DNA of 64,000 nt from an uncultured Gemmatimonadales bacterium. Its GTDB lineage: Bacteria > Gemmatimonadota > Gemmatimonadetes > Gemmatimonadales > Gemmatimonadaceae. Location: the NCBI GenBank assembly GCA_963707505.1, contig CAVPQB010000006.1, positions 352,001 through 416,000 of the forward strand. The letters are read 5' to 3'. The translations under genes were made by a program, and so were the position numbers. Positions 29,533-40,031 of this stretch are shown in pieces. Position 1 is the first letter of the stretch; each line of letters opens with the position of its first letter. Below the pieces are notes generated by a model. The model was not told the DNA's origin. It saw only the letters and a list, made by a program, of their open reading frames with translations, and made no database searches.

Positions 29533-30582
29533 TCAATGTGCGATCGATATGAACCACGTTCCGATCATCGGGCCACGCGGACCGCGACCGTTCGCCGGTG
29601 GCGTTGCGCCTGGAGCCGGTGCCGGGGCTGGTCCGTATTCGGGCGTGAACGCGTAAGCAATGTGCGTTGCATCATCGACCGCGATAGTCTTTGCGCCCAC
29701 CTGCGTCATCACTGTCGCGACCACGCTGTACTTGTCCGGTGAATCCTCGTGCACGACAGTCACGTTGCCATCGCGGCCGGCCGGTATGTACATCAGCTTC
29801 TGGTCCTGATCCCAGCCAAGCGCATCGACGCCGTTGCCATTCGGGATCTGCGCGACAACCTTGCCTGTTGTCGCATCGGTCACGACCGACATCTTGCTGC
29901 AGCCAGAGAAGATGCGATTGCTTGCACGATCCATCGCGATTCCGGTCGGGCCATCGCATGGCGCGATCGGCCACGTTGCGACCACCGTCCATGTCTTTGT
30001 GTCAACGACGTCGATCGCGTTCTTGTCCTCGAGATTGATATAGATCTTTCCCTTGCCGTCGCTCACTCCGCCTTCCGGAGCGCGCCCAGTGAGCGTCACT
30101 CTGCCAACGACTGTGCCAGCGTTGGGATCGATCACGACAGCGGTGCCGATCGGATGGCTGTGATCGATGGTGAGAATACGATCTGTCGCATCATCGTACA
30201 TGATGCCGTCGAGTCCGTCGATTCCAGCTGGAATCTTCTTTATCACCGCGAACGTCTTGAGATCGAACATCGTAACGCTCGAATCGCCGCCATTCGTCGT
30301 GAAGCCGTGATTCCATTTGTGTGCGAGCGCGATGCCGTGCGTGCGCGGGGTGTCGGGGATGTCGCCCAGCACCTTTCCGGTTGCACCATCCACCACCATC
30401 ACGTGCGTGCCGCGCGAGACGAAAACGTGGCCGGACGCCGGATCGGCGGTGAGATAGTCCGTGCCACCTTCACCACCGATCGTGTACTTGTGCACCGTGA
30501 ACGACTGCGCCGCAAGGCCGGCTGGCAGCGCAACGACAGCGGCAGCCAACGCGGCCTGGATACCTGGAGTGACACGAATCAT
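29533..30582 (-). CDS. YncE-family exported beta-propeller protein
   Basis: GGEGGTDYL, THGIAL, GFTTNG, repeated YVTN-like strands; signal peptide. Confidence 0.85.
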   Translation of the reverse strand: MIRVTPGIQAALAAAVVALPAGLAAQSFTVHKYTIGGEGGTDYLTADPASGHVFVSRGTHVMVVDGATGKVLGDIPDTPRTHGIALAHKWNHGFTTNGGDSSVTMFDLKTFAVIKKIPAGIDGLDGIMYDDATDRILTIDHSHPIGTAVVIDPNAGTVVGRVTLTGRAPEGGVSDGKGKIYINLEDKNAIDVVDTKTWTVVATWPIAPCDGPTGIAMDRASNRIFSGCSKMSVVTDATTGKVVAQIPNGNGVDALGWDQDQKLMYIPAGRDGNVTVVHEDSPDKYSVVATVMTQVGAKTIAVDDATHIAYAFTPEYGPAPAPAPGATPPANGRGPRGPMIGTWFISIAH

Positions 30583-30670
30583 ACGAACCTCTGCGGGGGA
30601 TGGCGCTGCACCGAAATGCGAGCCGCAAAGGTAGGGCCGCGAAGCTGACGCCAGGATTACATTCGCCGCC

Positions 30671-31819
30671 TCAGTGACCGCCCTCGATCACGTCGATGTA
30701 CTTGAGGCCCGAGCCTGTGTTGAAGAGCACGACCCGATCTGTCGGCTCGAGAAAGCCTGAAGCGATCAACTTGTTGTAAGCGACCAGCGTTGCAGCGCCC
30801 TCCGGTGCCGCGAAAACGCCTTCTCCTGACGCCATCGCAGAAACCGCTTCCAGCATTTCCGCATCGGTCGCCGTCACCGCCGTTCCCTTGCTGTCGCGAA
30901 TGATGTCGAGGATGATGTAATCCGCATAAGCCTTCGGCACCCGAAGTCCGGCGGCGATGGTGTGGGCGTCCTGCCAGAATTCCGACGTCGGCTTGTGCTC
31001 GTCCCACGCCTTGGGGATCGGTGCGCACCCTGCTGCCTGCACGGCGATCATCTTCGGGCGCTCGGCGCCGATCCAGCCCAGATACTGCATCTCGTCGAAT
31101 GCCTTCCACATACCGATTAGCCCGACTCCACCGCCGGTCGGATAGAAGATCGCGTCGGGCAGCTTCCAGCCCAGCTGCTCGGCTACTTCATAGCCCATCG
31201 TCTTCTTTCCCTCGACGCGGAATGGCTCCTTGAGGCTCGAGATGTCGAACCAGCCTTCGGCCTGCTTGCGCTCGTTCACCATCTTCGCGCAATCGCTGAT
31301 CAATCCATCGACGAACGTGACGTGCGCGCCATACTGCTGGCATTCCACACGGTTCGCGACCGGAACGTCCTTCGGCATGAAGATGTGCGCCTCGATACCG
31401 GCTGCTGCACAATAGGCTGCGAGCGCGCTCGCAGCGTTGCCGGCGGACGGGATCGCGATCTTGTCGATGCCGTACGCCTTGCACATCGTCACAGCAGCGC
31501 ACAGTCCACGCGCCTTGAACGAGCCTGTTGGATTCAACCCTTCATCCTTGATGTACACGTTCGAATTATGCCGGCTCTGAATCATCGGCGTAAAACCTTC
31601 GCCGAGTGTCACCGGCTCGACCGCTGGGAGGACGTCGGAATAGCGCCACATGCTCGCGACGCGGCCCGAGAGAGAATCGCGTGACGCAAGGCCGCGATAC
31701 GGCTCAAGGTCGTAGCGCGCGTAGAGCGATCCGCCATCTACCGGACAGACTGTATGAGGTTCAGCGGGGCTGAGTCGCTCCCCGCACTTGGTGCATTCGA
31801 AGTAGGTAAGATTTGCCAT
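30671..31819 (-). CDS. thrC: Threonine synthase (fold-type II PLP enzyme)
   Basis: N-terminal CxxC...C, LGEGFTP, NPTGSFKARG, SAGNA, EGKKTM, PTGGG, FNTGSGLK. Confidence 0.85.
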   Translation of the reverse strand: MANLTYFECTKCGERLSPAEPHTVCPVDGGSLYARYDLEPYRGLASRDSLSGRVASMWRYSDVLPAVEPVTLGEGFTPMIQSRHNSNVYIKDEGLNPTGSFKARGLCAAVTMCKAYGIDKIAIPSAGNAASALAAYCAAAGIEAHIFMPKDVPVANRVECQQYGAHVTFVDGLISDCAKMVNERKQAEGWFDISSLKEPFRVEGKKTMGYEVAEQLGWKLPDAIFYPTGGGVGLIGMWKAFDEMQYLGWIGAERPKMIAVQAAGCAPIPKAWDEHKPTSEFWQDAHTIAAGLRVPKAYADYIILDIIRDSKGTAVTATDAEMLEAVSAMASGEGVFAAPEGAATLVAYNKLIASGFLEPTDRVVLFNTGSGLKYIDVIEGGH

Positions 31820-32026
31820 TCCGGTTCGATTCCTCAGGGATTCCAGGGATATGCGTGCCGTCGGACTATCCGCTCACTTGCGGGATGATTCAGCGTCACA
31901 TCGATGATACTAATCTGGTCGGGCTCGCGTTGCGCGTGGTAAGTTGATCGATGGCGGGCGCTGCCCGGAGACGCCGCCATCGCGAGAATACACAGAGTCC
32001 GGCGCGCATCTTCCGGAAGGAGCATC

Positions 32027-32365
32027 ATGCCGCAGTCATCGCTCGTTACGTGGGTCGGATCCGCTGTGGCGCTGCTAATGCTCGCGCTCTGCGGAGCCAC
32101 GGTCTACGCAACCCTGCGCGGACCGGCGCGCACGCGGATAGTGCGCTGGCCCGCGACGCGGCTGATTGGGGTATGCGTGCTCGCGGGAATGCCGTGGCTC
32201 GTGGTATGGCTCAGAGTGAATCGCATCTCTGTGACCGTCAACGGCGTCGGACCTTTCATTGGCTGGCTGGTAGTCGCGCTGCTGGCGTTCGCCCTGCTGA
32301 TCCTGTTCCCGCTGGCTGCCATGCTCGCCCTGCTCGTCTGGTCGGCTGCACGGGTCAGGCGTTGA
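32027..32365 (+). CDS. Small multi-pass membrane protein, unknown function
   Basis: AAGGAG RBS; three to four hydrophobic segments; stop overlaps the next start (TTGA). Confidence 0.65.
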   Translation: MPQSSLVTWVGSAVALLMLALCGATVYATLRGPARTRIVRWPATRLIGVCVLAGMPWLVVWLRVNRISVTVNGVGPFIGWLVVALLAFALLILFPLAAMLALLVWSAARVRR

Positions 32366-33621
32366 GCTTGGTCACACAAGGCAACACGGACGTCGCGAGA
32401 CACGTCGTAATCGTTGGCGCTGGGGCCGCCGGCACGATGGCCGCCATCTTTGCCGCATCTTCCGGCGCACAGGTAACGCTGCTCGAGCGCACGGCCGACG
32501 GCGGACGGAAGATCCTGATCAGCGGAGGCGGGCGCTGCAACATTCTGCCAGCGCGACTTGACGAGTCACGCTTCGTCACCGATTCGTCCCGCAACACACT
32601 TCGCAAGATCGTCCGATCGTGGCCGCTCGCCGAACAGCGCGCATTCTTCGAGAATGAGCTTGGACTCAGGCTGGTCGAAGAGACCGAATCCGGGAAACTG
32701 TTTCCTGAGTCCAATCGTGCACGCGACGTGCGTGATGGTTTGCTGTCGTATGCTGCGCAACGCGGTGCGCGCATAATGATGAACAGTCGCGTCACCGACG
32801 TCCTGCCACTACACGACGGACGCTGGCGCGTCGAGCGCGATGGAGATCTGCCACTCGAATGTGATGTCGTCGTCATCGCGACCGGGGGATTCTCGGTTCC
32901 CAATACGGGAAGCGATGGGACCGGACTCTCGATTCTTGCGAAGCTCGGCCACACGATGCATCCGACCTACGCCGCGCTCACACCGGTGACTGCCGAGCCG
33001 GCACCATTCGCCGAGCTATCCGGTGTGTCGCTCACGGTGACGATCACCGCGACGAGTGCGGAGCGCAACGCAACGGCGACCGGTGGATTTCTTTTCACGC
33101 ATCGTGGTTACAGCGGACCGTCAGTGCTCGACATCTCGCACGTCGTAGTTCGATCGGCGAACGATCGCGCCGATCCGCCAGCTCGTATCTCCGTGCGCTG
33201 GAGCGAACTTGGCGATGCCGAATGGGAGCACGCGTTGCGCGCGAGCGGCACGCGCACAGTCGCCGGCGCGGTGCGTGCGGAAATGCCGGACCGTCTGGCG
33301 ATGGCGCTCATCGCGTCGGCCGGCGTCGAGCCCACGCGGATGCTTGCGGAGCTCAAGCGCGATGCGCGACGTGCACTCATCGATACACTGGTGCGTGGGG
33401 ACCTGCCGTGGACCGGAAACGAGGGATACAAGAAAGCCGAGGTAACTGGTGGCGGCTTGAGTCTCGCCGAGATCGATCCGCGCACGATGGAGAGCCGGCG
33501 TCATCGCGGGCTGTTCGTGTGCGGGGAAGCGCTCGATGCATTTGGTCCGATCGGCGGTTACAACTTTCTGTGGGCCTGGGCGACGGGTCGCGCCGCAGGA
33601 CGCGGCGCTGCAGGGGTCTAG
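32362..33621 (+). CDS. HI0933/BaiN-like NAD(P)/FAD-dependent oxidoreductase
   Basis: IVGAGAAG, GRKILISGGGRCN, ATGG..VP.TGSDG, FLFTHRGYSGP, AEVTGGG, GPIGGYNF. Confidence 0.92.
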   Translation: MSLVTQGNTDVARHVVIVGAGAAGTMAAIFAASSGAQVTLLERTADGGRKILISGGGRCNILPARLDESRFVTDSSRNTLRKIVRSWPLAEQRAFFENELGLRLVEETESGKLFPESNRARDVRDGLLSYAAQRGARIMMNSRVTDVLPLHDGRWRVERDGDLPLECDVVVIATGGFSVPNTGSDGTGLSILAKLGHTMHPTYAALTPVTAEPAPFAELSGVSLTVTITATSAERNATATGGFLFTHRGYSGPSVLDISHVVVRSANDRADPPARISVRWSELGDAEWEHALRASGTRTVAGAVRAEMPDRLAMALIASAGVEPTRMLAELKRDARRALIDTLVRGDLPWTGNEGYKKAEVTGGGLSLAEIDPRTMESRRHRGLFVCGEALDAFGPIGGYNFLWAWATGRAAGRGAAGV

Positions 33622-33646
33622 CGATACATCGTTCGCCCGGGTGTCG

Positions 33647-35281
33647 TCATAACATCGGGGCTGGCCTGGGCCTGTGCGGCATGAGACGCGCCAGATACTG
33701 CATCAACCCATCCACCGATGCCGTGAGTGGCGCGCGGAAGCCGACGTAGCCATCGGGTCTCACGAGGTACATCGCTGGGCGTGTAGAGCCGTATTCGTCG
33801 CGCAACGATCGCGGCTCGCGCGTGTGGACCCGTGTCATTGACGATGCGTTGGACTCGTTCCGCGGCGTCATTGCATCCGACACCATGACAGGCGTTATGA
33901 CGTCGCCATATAATGCAACAACTTTTCTTGATACGTCATCGGCGAGCGCAACATCGTCTGCTGCATCCACGATCAGCAGCAGTGTGTGTTGCGGCCGGGA
34001 GCAGACGTCGACGATGTGAACGGTAGCTCCGTCGGGAGCGAGCCGCGCAACTGCGTCCGGCGCCCGGTCACCGGCACGTGGACCGTGCGGGACGTGGTGG
34101 TCCTCCACTATCGGGCTGTGCTCGTATTCGATGTCGATCTCAGACACGTGGCGCGCGGCCTCATGTTGGACGAAGTCGAGACTGCCCAGTAGCGGTGCGA
34201 TATGCTCCCTTACGAACGCGCCGATACCGCTGGACGCGCCAGCGATTCGAAACATCATGTCAGTCTGGCGCAACACGGAGCGCTCCACGGGATACCTCTC
34301 CAACTGATAGCTGTCGAGCAGTGATGGATCGGATCGACCACTGCAAACGAGCGCGAGTTTCCATGCGAGATTGACGGCGTCCTGCATGCCCGTATTCATT
34401 CCCTGACCGCCGGCCGGGCTGTGAATGTGCGCCGCGTCACCCGCGAGAAATACGCGTCGCGATCGCAGCTCCTTCACCATTCGGCTATTGACGCGAAAGG
34501 TGGCGGTCCATTCGGGATCACTGAGCGTAACCGGCTCGCTGATGCGTGCGTTTACCATCGCCTGGCATTCCCCGAGCGAGGGATCCCGCCCTGCAAGGCT
34601 CGCCGGTGGATTATCCGCGATGATACGGTAACGACCACCGCCGAGTGGGAAGATCGCGCAGACGTCGCCGTGCTGCGAATAGATGTGCAATTCCCCGTCG
34701 CTCAATGGCGACTGTACCCGCACATCGGCGAGGATGAATATCTGGTCGAACGTATGCCCTTCGAACGGGACGTCGAGTACGCGACGAACCGTACTGTGCG
34801 GGCCGTCGCATCCCACGACCCAGTCGACGCGATCACGCTCGACGTGACCGTCCGGGTGGCGCAGCTCGACCGTCGCCTTTTCTGCGTCCTGAGAGAGCGA
34901 CAATAATTCGACGCTGCGCTCGACAACAACTCCGAGCTGGCGGAGTCGGTCTCCCAGTATTCGCTCCGTTTCGGACTGCGCGAGGACGAGCAGAAACGGG
35001 TATGGACTATCCAGATCGTCGAACCGCAGGTGGACGATGCGCTTTCCATTGGAGTAGATGTTCGCAGCATGGACTGGATGACCGGCCGTGACGAACTCGT
35101 CCGCGAGCTGCATGAGCGACAACACCTCGAGCGTTCGCGCCTGAACGACGATCGCTTTGGATCTGTCGGACGGCGCTAGTGCCTTGTCTATCACTCGGCA
35201 TTGCACACCGTGTCGCGCCAGCTCGGCGGCCATTGTAAGGCCGGTAGGACCGGCACCTACTACGAGAACGGACTGGAGCAT
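33647..35281 (-). CDS. FAD-dependent monooxygenase (aromatic hydroxylase family)
   Basis: VGAGPTGL, VGCDG, FLAGDAAHIHSPAGGQGMNTG, LVRPDGYV; GGAGG RBS before ATG 35281. Confidence 0.92.
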   Translation of the reverse strand: MLQSVLVVGAGPTGLTMAAELARHGVQCRVIDKALAPSDRSKAIVVQARTLEVLSLMQLADEFVTAGHPVHAANIYSNGKRIVHLRFDDLDSPYPFLLVLAQSETERILGDRLRQLGVVVERSVELLSLSQDAEKATVELRHPDGHVERDRVDWVVGCDGPHSTVRRVLDVPFEGHTFDQIFILADVRVQSPLSDGELHIYSQHGDVCAIFPLGGGRYRIIADNPPASLAGRDPSLGECQAMVNARISEPVTLSDPEWTATFRVNSRMVKELRSRRVFLAGDAAHIHSPAGGQGMNTGMQDAVNLAWKLALVCSGRSDPSLLDSYQLERYPVERSVLRQTDMMFRIAGASSGIGAFVREHIAPLLGSLDFVQHEAARHVSEIDIEYEHSPIVEDHHVPHGPRAGDRAPDAVARLAPDGATVHIVDVCSRPQHTLLLIVDAADDVALADDVSRKVVALYGDVITPVMVSDAMTPRNESNASSMTRVHTREPRSLRDEYGSTRPAMYLVRPDGYVGFRAPLTASVDGLMQYLARLMPHRPRPAPML

Positions 35282-35359
35282 GGAGATCCTCCGGTATTCC
35301 ACGACATCAGGAAGATATGCGAGCGGGCACCAGCCGCGCCAATTCGTGCAGTGTCAACG

Positions 35360-37027
35360 TCAGGTATCCATGCCATACGGCGACCAGGCACCGGCGTCCT
35401 CGTCATCGAGGTTTTTGGAATCCAGCAGCATCGTCTCGAGATCCAACTCCCGCTGAAGTTGGCGAAGGATATCATCGCTTATGGCGTCGCTGTCGCGGAG
35501 ATGGAGCAGTGAACGGCGCTGCGCGCTGATTATCCGCTCGTTCGCACGCATCACGGTATCGGAAACGCCGGCCATCTCGTCCGCTGCTTCGCGCTCCTCG
35601 GACGTGGCGTCTTCATCGTGACCCTCTCTGCGTGCCGTCCAGCGTTTCTCACGATCCGCATAACGGGATCTCAAGCGCTTTCCTATCCTCGCGTCGATTC
35701 CGCCGTGTGCGATCATGTCGTCGATCACACCGAGCGCAGCTCTTGCCTGCGCTATGCGTGCGGTTATCTCCTCTGCCTTGCCGGACGTGTCGCGATGCAG
35801 GCCAAGTAGTCGCACGACTGGAGAGAGTGTCATACCCTGTCCGACAAGAGTTACGAATATCACGAAGAACGTGATGAAGATTATGAGGTTGCGCGCAGGT
35901 ATGAGTACGCCCGAGTTGGTGTAAAATGGAATTGCGAGCGCAATTACGAGCGAGTCTCCACCGCGCATACCGGACCATGCAACGAGTGCCCCTTCATTCC
36001 ATGCCGGCTCCGTCTTCTTGTGCTTGCGGCGTCGTACGGCACGGAGAATCGCCACTGAGATCCCAACCCATACAAATCGGACCAGCATGCACACCAGCGT
36101 GATCATCGATCCGTAGATGAGTAGTGTGGGTATCGAGTGATCCTTGAGACCGCGCATGATGTGTGGCAGCTCGAGTCCGATCATTATGAAGATCAAACTC
36201 TGGAACAGGAACGTCAGCATCGTCCACATCGCTTCTGCCTGCACGCGTGACGCTGGTGCCATCGATCTGGGATCCTGACGACCGAGATACAGCCCGAGCG
36301 TGACCACTGCGATGACACCGGAGGCTCCGATCGCGTCTGCTGGTACGAACGCGAGAAACGGCGATAGCAGCGACAGGGTATTCTCGACGATTGGCAGTCG
36401 TCCGGTCACGGTCCGGCGAAATACCGCGATCAGCCATCCGATGAAGAGACCTATCGCTGCGCCGGCGACGCCGGCGGTTAGCAGGCGGAAACTTGCGGAT
36501 GACGCGGAAAAGGCTCCGGTAACAGCGGCAGTGAGCGCGACCCTGTACGCTACGAGCGATGTCGCGTCATTGAGCAGCCCTTCGCCTTCGAGCACGGTCG
36601 TGATTCTTCGGGACACGCCGAGTGGGACGACGACTGCTGTCGCGGCGATCGGATCTGGCGGCGCGACAATCGCGCCGAGCAGAAAGGCGGATGCCCAGGA
36701 AAATTCGGGGATGAGCAGGTGTGCGACGACGGCGACTATCGCCATCGTGAGCAGAACGAGCACCGTCGCCAGGCGGGCGACGGGACCGATCACATCTTTC
36801 AGCTCACGGACCGAAGTGGTGAGGGCGGTCCAGTACAGAAGTGGCGGAATGAATATGAGAAAGAGCAGTTCCGGGTCACTGTCGATCCGTGGCAGACCCG
36901 GTATGAACGCCAGGGCCAGTCCGCCAATTACGAGCAGCGATGGATATGGAACGCTCCATCTGCGCGCGAGCATCTGGACCGTCGCGAAGACGGCGAGAAG
37001 GGCGATGATGAGCTCGAGTTCGCGCAC
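35360..37027 (-). CDS. Na+/H+ antiporter, CPA1 family
   Basis: FIPPLLY, APPDPIA, LEGEGLLNDA, WSGMRG, LQRELDLE. Confidence 0.93.
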   Translation of the reverse strand: MRELELIIALLAVFATVQMLARRWSVPYPSLLVIGGLALAFIPGLPRIDSDPELLFLIFIPPLLYWTALTTSVRELKDVIGPVARLATVLVLLTMAIVAVVAHLLIPEFSWASAFLLGAIVAPPDPIAATAVVVPLGVSRRITTVLEGEGLLNDATSLVAYRVALTAAVTGAFSASSASFRLLTAGVAGAAIGLFIGWLIAVFRRTVTGRLPIVENTLSLLSPFLAFVPADAIGASGVIAVVTLGLYLGRQDPRSMAPASRVQAEAMWTMLTFLFQSLIFIMIGLELPHIMRGLKDHSIPTLLIYGSMITLVCMLVRFVWVGISVAILRAVRRRKHKKTEPAWNEGALVAWSGMRGGDSLVIALAIPFYTNSGVLIPARNLIIFITFFVIFVTLVGQGMTLSPVVRLLGLHRDTSGKAEEITARIAQARAALGVIDDMIAHGGIDARIGKRLRSRYADREKRWTARREGHDEDATSEEREAADEMAGVSDTVMRANERIISAQRRSLLHLRDSDAISDDILRQLQRELDLETMLLDSKNLDDEDAGAWSPYGMDT

Positions 37028-37138
37028 GGATGGTACGGGGGTTACAGGTGGTTACGAGGGCTTTCGGATTTATGGATGAAAGACCTGACCACGGAAATAT
37101 TCGGGCCATTGGAGTCGAGCCGGCGAGGTATCCCATTG

Positions 37139-39868
37139 CTAACGCGCGAGCCAGAACGTCGCCTTTACCAGAAAGACGTTGGTAGGCGTCTCCCGGAAGA
37201 TGTCACCGACGTCGCGAGTAAGGCCGAAATCGCCTATCTGCGCCACGCCGTTACGTTGCTGCTGCCAGACGAAGAAAATTGTCGAGCCGGGTCTGTACTC
37301 CCACCGCAACACCGCGTCACCCTGGAGGCTTCGAACGTTGAAGTTCGGATCGCTCAGCTCGAAGGATGGCGCCGGGCCGTTTGCATCCGGGTCGAGAGTG
37401 TAAACTCCATTCGTGCCGCGCGAGATTGCGCCGCGAGCCGTGCCATACACGCCGTAGCGTCCAGTTCTCGGCGCGAGCAGCTCCTTGAAGGTCGCAAATT
37501 TTCCTGCGGAGACGAATGGTTGCGCGTAGAGCTGCAGACTGAGAGTGGTAGAGAACGTCCAGTCGAGTCGCGTGTCGAGCGACAGCGTGGTCTGGCGCAG
37601 GTTCGCGAAGATGTATCGATTGCCGTACGTCGCCGACGCTAGAGGATCACTTACCGATCGTACGTACTGATTGCTGCTGCTCGTGACGCTGAATGTGGGA
37701 CCGAAGCTGGCGTGGATCGCGGATGTCGGACGGACATCGAGTGTGATATTTGCGCCTTCCGCAAATCCACCTGCCGCGTCATGCTGGTATTGCAGTTCGC
37801 TGCTGACGATCGCCGGCTTGCGTGAATCGCTGCTCACGGACGCATCGAGGCTCCACAGGGCTGGTATAAGTGCAAGCGGTCCACCTCGTGTCAACTGGTC
37901 GCTGAGCTGATCCGGCGCGTAAGTCGCCTGCAATCCTGCCGCCCAGAGATTGTTGAACGTTGCATTTGTAATTACAGTATTGCTCTGCCGGATCAATGCG
38001 TTACCGAAATTCCAGGCGTCGAACGACGCTGCGGTAACCGAATACTGACGGAAGATGCGACCGGGCTCATTGGACTGGTAACCGACCGCTGGCACAACTG
38101 ACCGGTAGTCCGTCTGTGATATGAATCCGAGATCGTTGATCTCGAATCCCGGACTCACTTCCTTGTAATCGAGCGACCCGAACCACTTGCCGCGCTTTGC
38201 AAGCGCCACTTCGGCCATGTGGCCCTTGAGCGATGTGCGAGTGCTATCGACGCGCAGGTAGGATGCATCGGGGCGTTGATAGTAATGCGCGCTGGATAGT
38301 TGCGTGGTCGTGATTGCAGCTGGTGTGCCGTTGACGGTCGATGCAGTGACGTAGCCACTCACTATCCAGCTGCGTGAATCCCACGAGTGGTCGAAGTCGA
38401 TTCCGCCAAGAAGTGCGCGTGATCGCAGCGCATCTCTCACGACGGTATCGGCGACATCGCGGTTCGTTGCAGTGAACATTCCGCCAATCGCCGTGTTACC
38501 ATCGTTGAAGTCGCGACGGAGCCGCCCAACGGCGTAATTGGTGAGCGGCTCGACGATCGACGTACCACGCGCACCGGAGGTCGTTACGTAGCGCGCGGTC
38601 TCCTCGCTGGTCACACCGTCCATCAGACCGACTGTCCAGCCATGTGTCCTGCCCGTGAGCTTGAGCGCGCCCAGGATCGAGGACTCGTTCGGCGCGTCGA
38701 CGTACGCTACATCCGAACCAGGAACGGACAACTGCGGCGCTCGACCGATTCGCCTGGAGTAGTAGAAGATCTGCGAGTTGTAGCTCGCATCCACCTGCGT
38801 CTGGCCGAATTGAAAGACGTCCGATCCAGCGAGGAAGAACGGCCGCTTCTCGGGAAAGAACGTCTCGAACGCCGAGAGATTGACTACAGCGGGATCTACT
38901 TCTACCTGTCCAAAATCAGGGTTCACTGTCGCCGTAAGTGTGAGACCGTTTGGAAGTCCATAGTTGAGATCACCGCCAACTGACGGAGTCACGTCATTCC
39001 GGCGGAAGAGTGGATTCGCACTGGTTCCGGGAGCGCGCGTGAGTTTGGTGCTGAGATACGGGAGCAGATCGAGTCGAGTCGGTACAGGAATATCACGCAG
39101 GCCGGTCAGATCACCGAAGCTCGATACGTAACCGGGTGATTGCGATGTGAATGGCGACCAGACATCGCGCTCGTGGTAGCGTGCGATGTCGCGCGACACC
39201 TGGAATCCCCAGATACGATCTGCTCCATCCGCTACTGGCCCGAGGCGAAGCTGCGACAACGGGATACGAAATTCGGCGGTCCAGCCGAGCGAATCGACAG
39301 TCGTGGCGACCTGCCAGACGCCATCCCAGTTGAGATCCTCCGAATTGTCATTGGAGATCATCTCGTCTTTCTGAACACCACGGGGATTTACGGCAAAGCC
39401 AAACGAGCTGCGGCGATCGTGATACGAATCAATGGAAAAACCAACCCAGTCGGAGTAGATGCCATACGAGTCGCGTCGCGCGAGTGGTTGGGCGATCGAA
39501 TCGGGATGAGTGTCGAATGAGCGGATACCAACGTAGAGCGAGGTGTTATCGTAGAGCACGCGCACTTCGGTGCGCTGTCGGGGCATGGCACCGGGATTCG
39601 GATAGCTCTGTGTGAACCGGGTGGCGATCGGAGCGGCGTGCCAATCCGGCTCATCCAGCTTGCCGTCGATATCGATCTGACCGTGCGTGCGCATTGCGAC
39701 TGCAGTTCGCACGGCCGCGACCCCGGCAGTTTGTGGCGCAGTTTGTGGCGCAGTTTGTGGTGCGTTCTGGCCGACGATGGGATGAATCGCGATTCCAGCT
39801 AGAAGAAGCGCTAACGCGCTCGCCAACATACTCGTTGAGCATTGCGCCCAGTTGTCTCGCGACCGCAT
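37139..39868 (-). CDS. DUF5916 / CBM9-like exported protein, probable outer-membrane barrel C-terminus
   Basis: IDIDGKLDEPDW, WTAEFRIPLSQLR, NPDFGQVEVD, FETFFPEKRPFF, LRWEYRPGS, VKATFW terminus; start trimmed from 40144. Confidence 0.85.
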   Translation of the reverse strand: MRSRDNWAQCSTSMLASALALLLAGIAIHPIVGQNAPQTAPQTAPQTAGVAAVRTAVAMRTHGQIDIDGKLDEPDWHAAPIATRFTQSYPNPGAMPRQRTEVRVLYDNTSLYVGIRSFDTHPDSIAQPLARRDSYGIYSDWVGFSIDSYHDRRSSFGFAVNPRGVQKDEMISNDNSEDLNWDGVWQVATTVDSLGWTAEFRIPLSQLRLGPVADGADRIWGFQVSRDIARYHERDVWSPFTSQSPGYVSSFGDLTGLRDIPVPTRLDLLPYLSTKLTRAPGTSANPLFRRNDVTPSVGGDLNYGLPNGLTLTATVNPDFGQVEVDPAVVNLSAFETFFPEKRPFFLAGSDVFQFGQTQVDASYNSQIFYYSRRIGRAPQLSVPGSDVAYVDAPNESSILGALKLTGRTHGWTVGLMDGVTSEETARYVTTSGARGTSIVEPLTNYAVGRLRRDFNDGNTAIGGMFTATNRDVADTVVRDALRSRALLGGIDFDHSWDSRSWIVSGYVTASTVNGTPAAITTTQLSSAHYYQRPDASYLRVDSTRTSLKGHMAEVALAKRGKWFGSLDYKEVSPGFEINDLGFISQTDYRSVVPAVGYQSNEPGRIFRQYSVTAASFDAWNFGNALIRQSNTVITNATFNNLWAAGLQATYAPDQLSDQLTRGGPLALIPALWSLDASVSSDSRKPAIVSSELQYQHDAAGGFAEGANITLDVRPTSAIHASFGPTFSVTSSSNQYVRSVSDPLASATYGNRYIFANLRQTTLSLDTRLDWTFSTTLSLQLYAQPFVSAGKFATFKELLAPRTGRYGVYGTARGAISRGTNGVYTLDPDANGPAPSFELSDPNFNVRSLQGDAVLRWEYRPGSTIFFVWQQQRNGVAQIGDFGLTRDVGDIFRETPTNVFLVKATFWLAR
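39726..39760 (-). repeat. 12-bp coding tandem repeat (APQT x3 linker)
   Basis: GCAGTTTGTGGC x3 on the + strand. Confidence 0.85.
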
Positions 39869-40031
39869 GCTGATGGTTGTCTTGATGGGGAATGTGTTCG
39901 GAGCGGTATTATCAGCGGCGTGATTCGGCGCTATAATCCGGTAGTAAACTTCCCCGCTCGGAAGCAGGTCACATTCCGGGGAACGCAATTCGCGAGCACA
40001 TCGCGAGCACAGTTTCTCTGACGGAGGCACG

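Noticed and set aside
31951..32361. N-terminal 137 aa of the 556-aa ORF-track protein
   Set aside because: Overlaps a better-supported membrane protein gene; the HI0933 domain begins after 32362.
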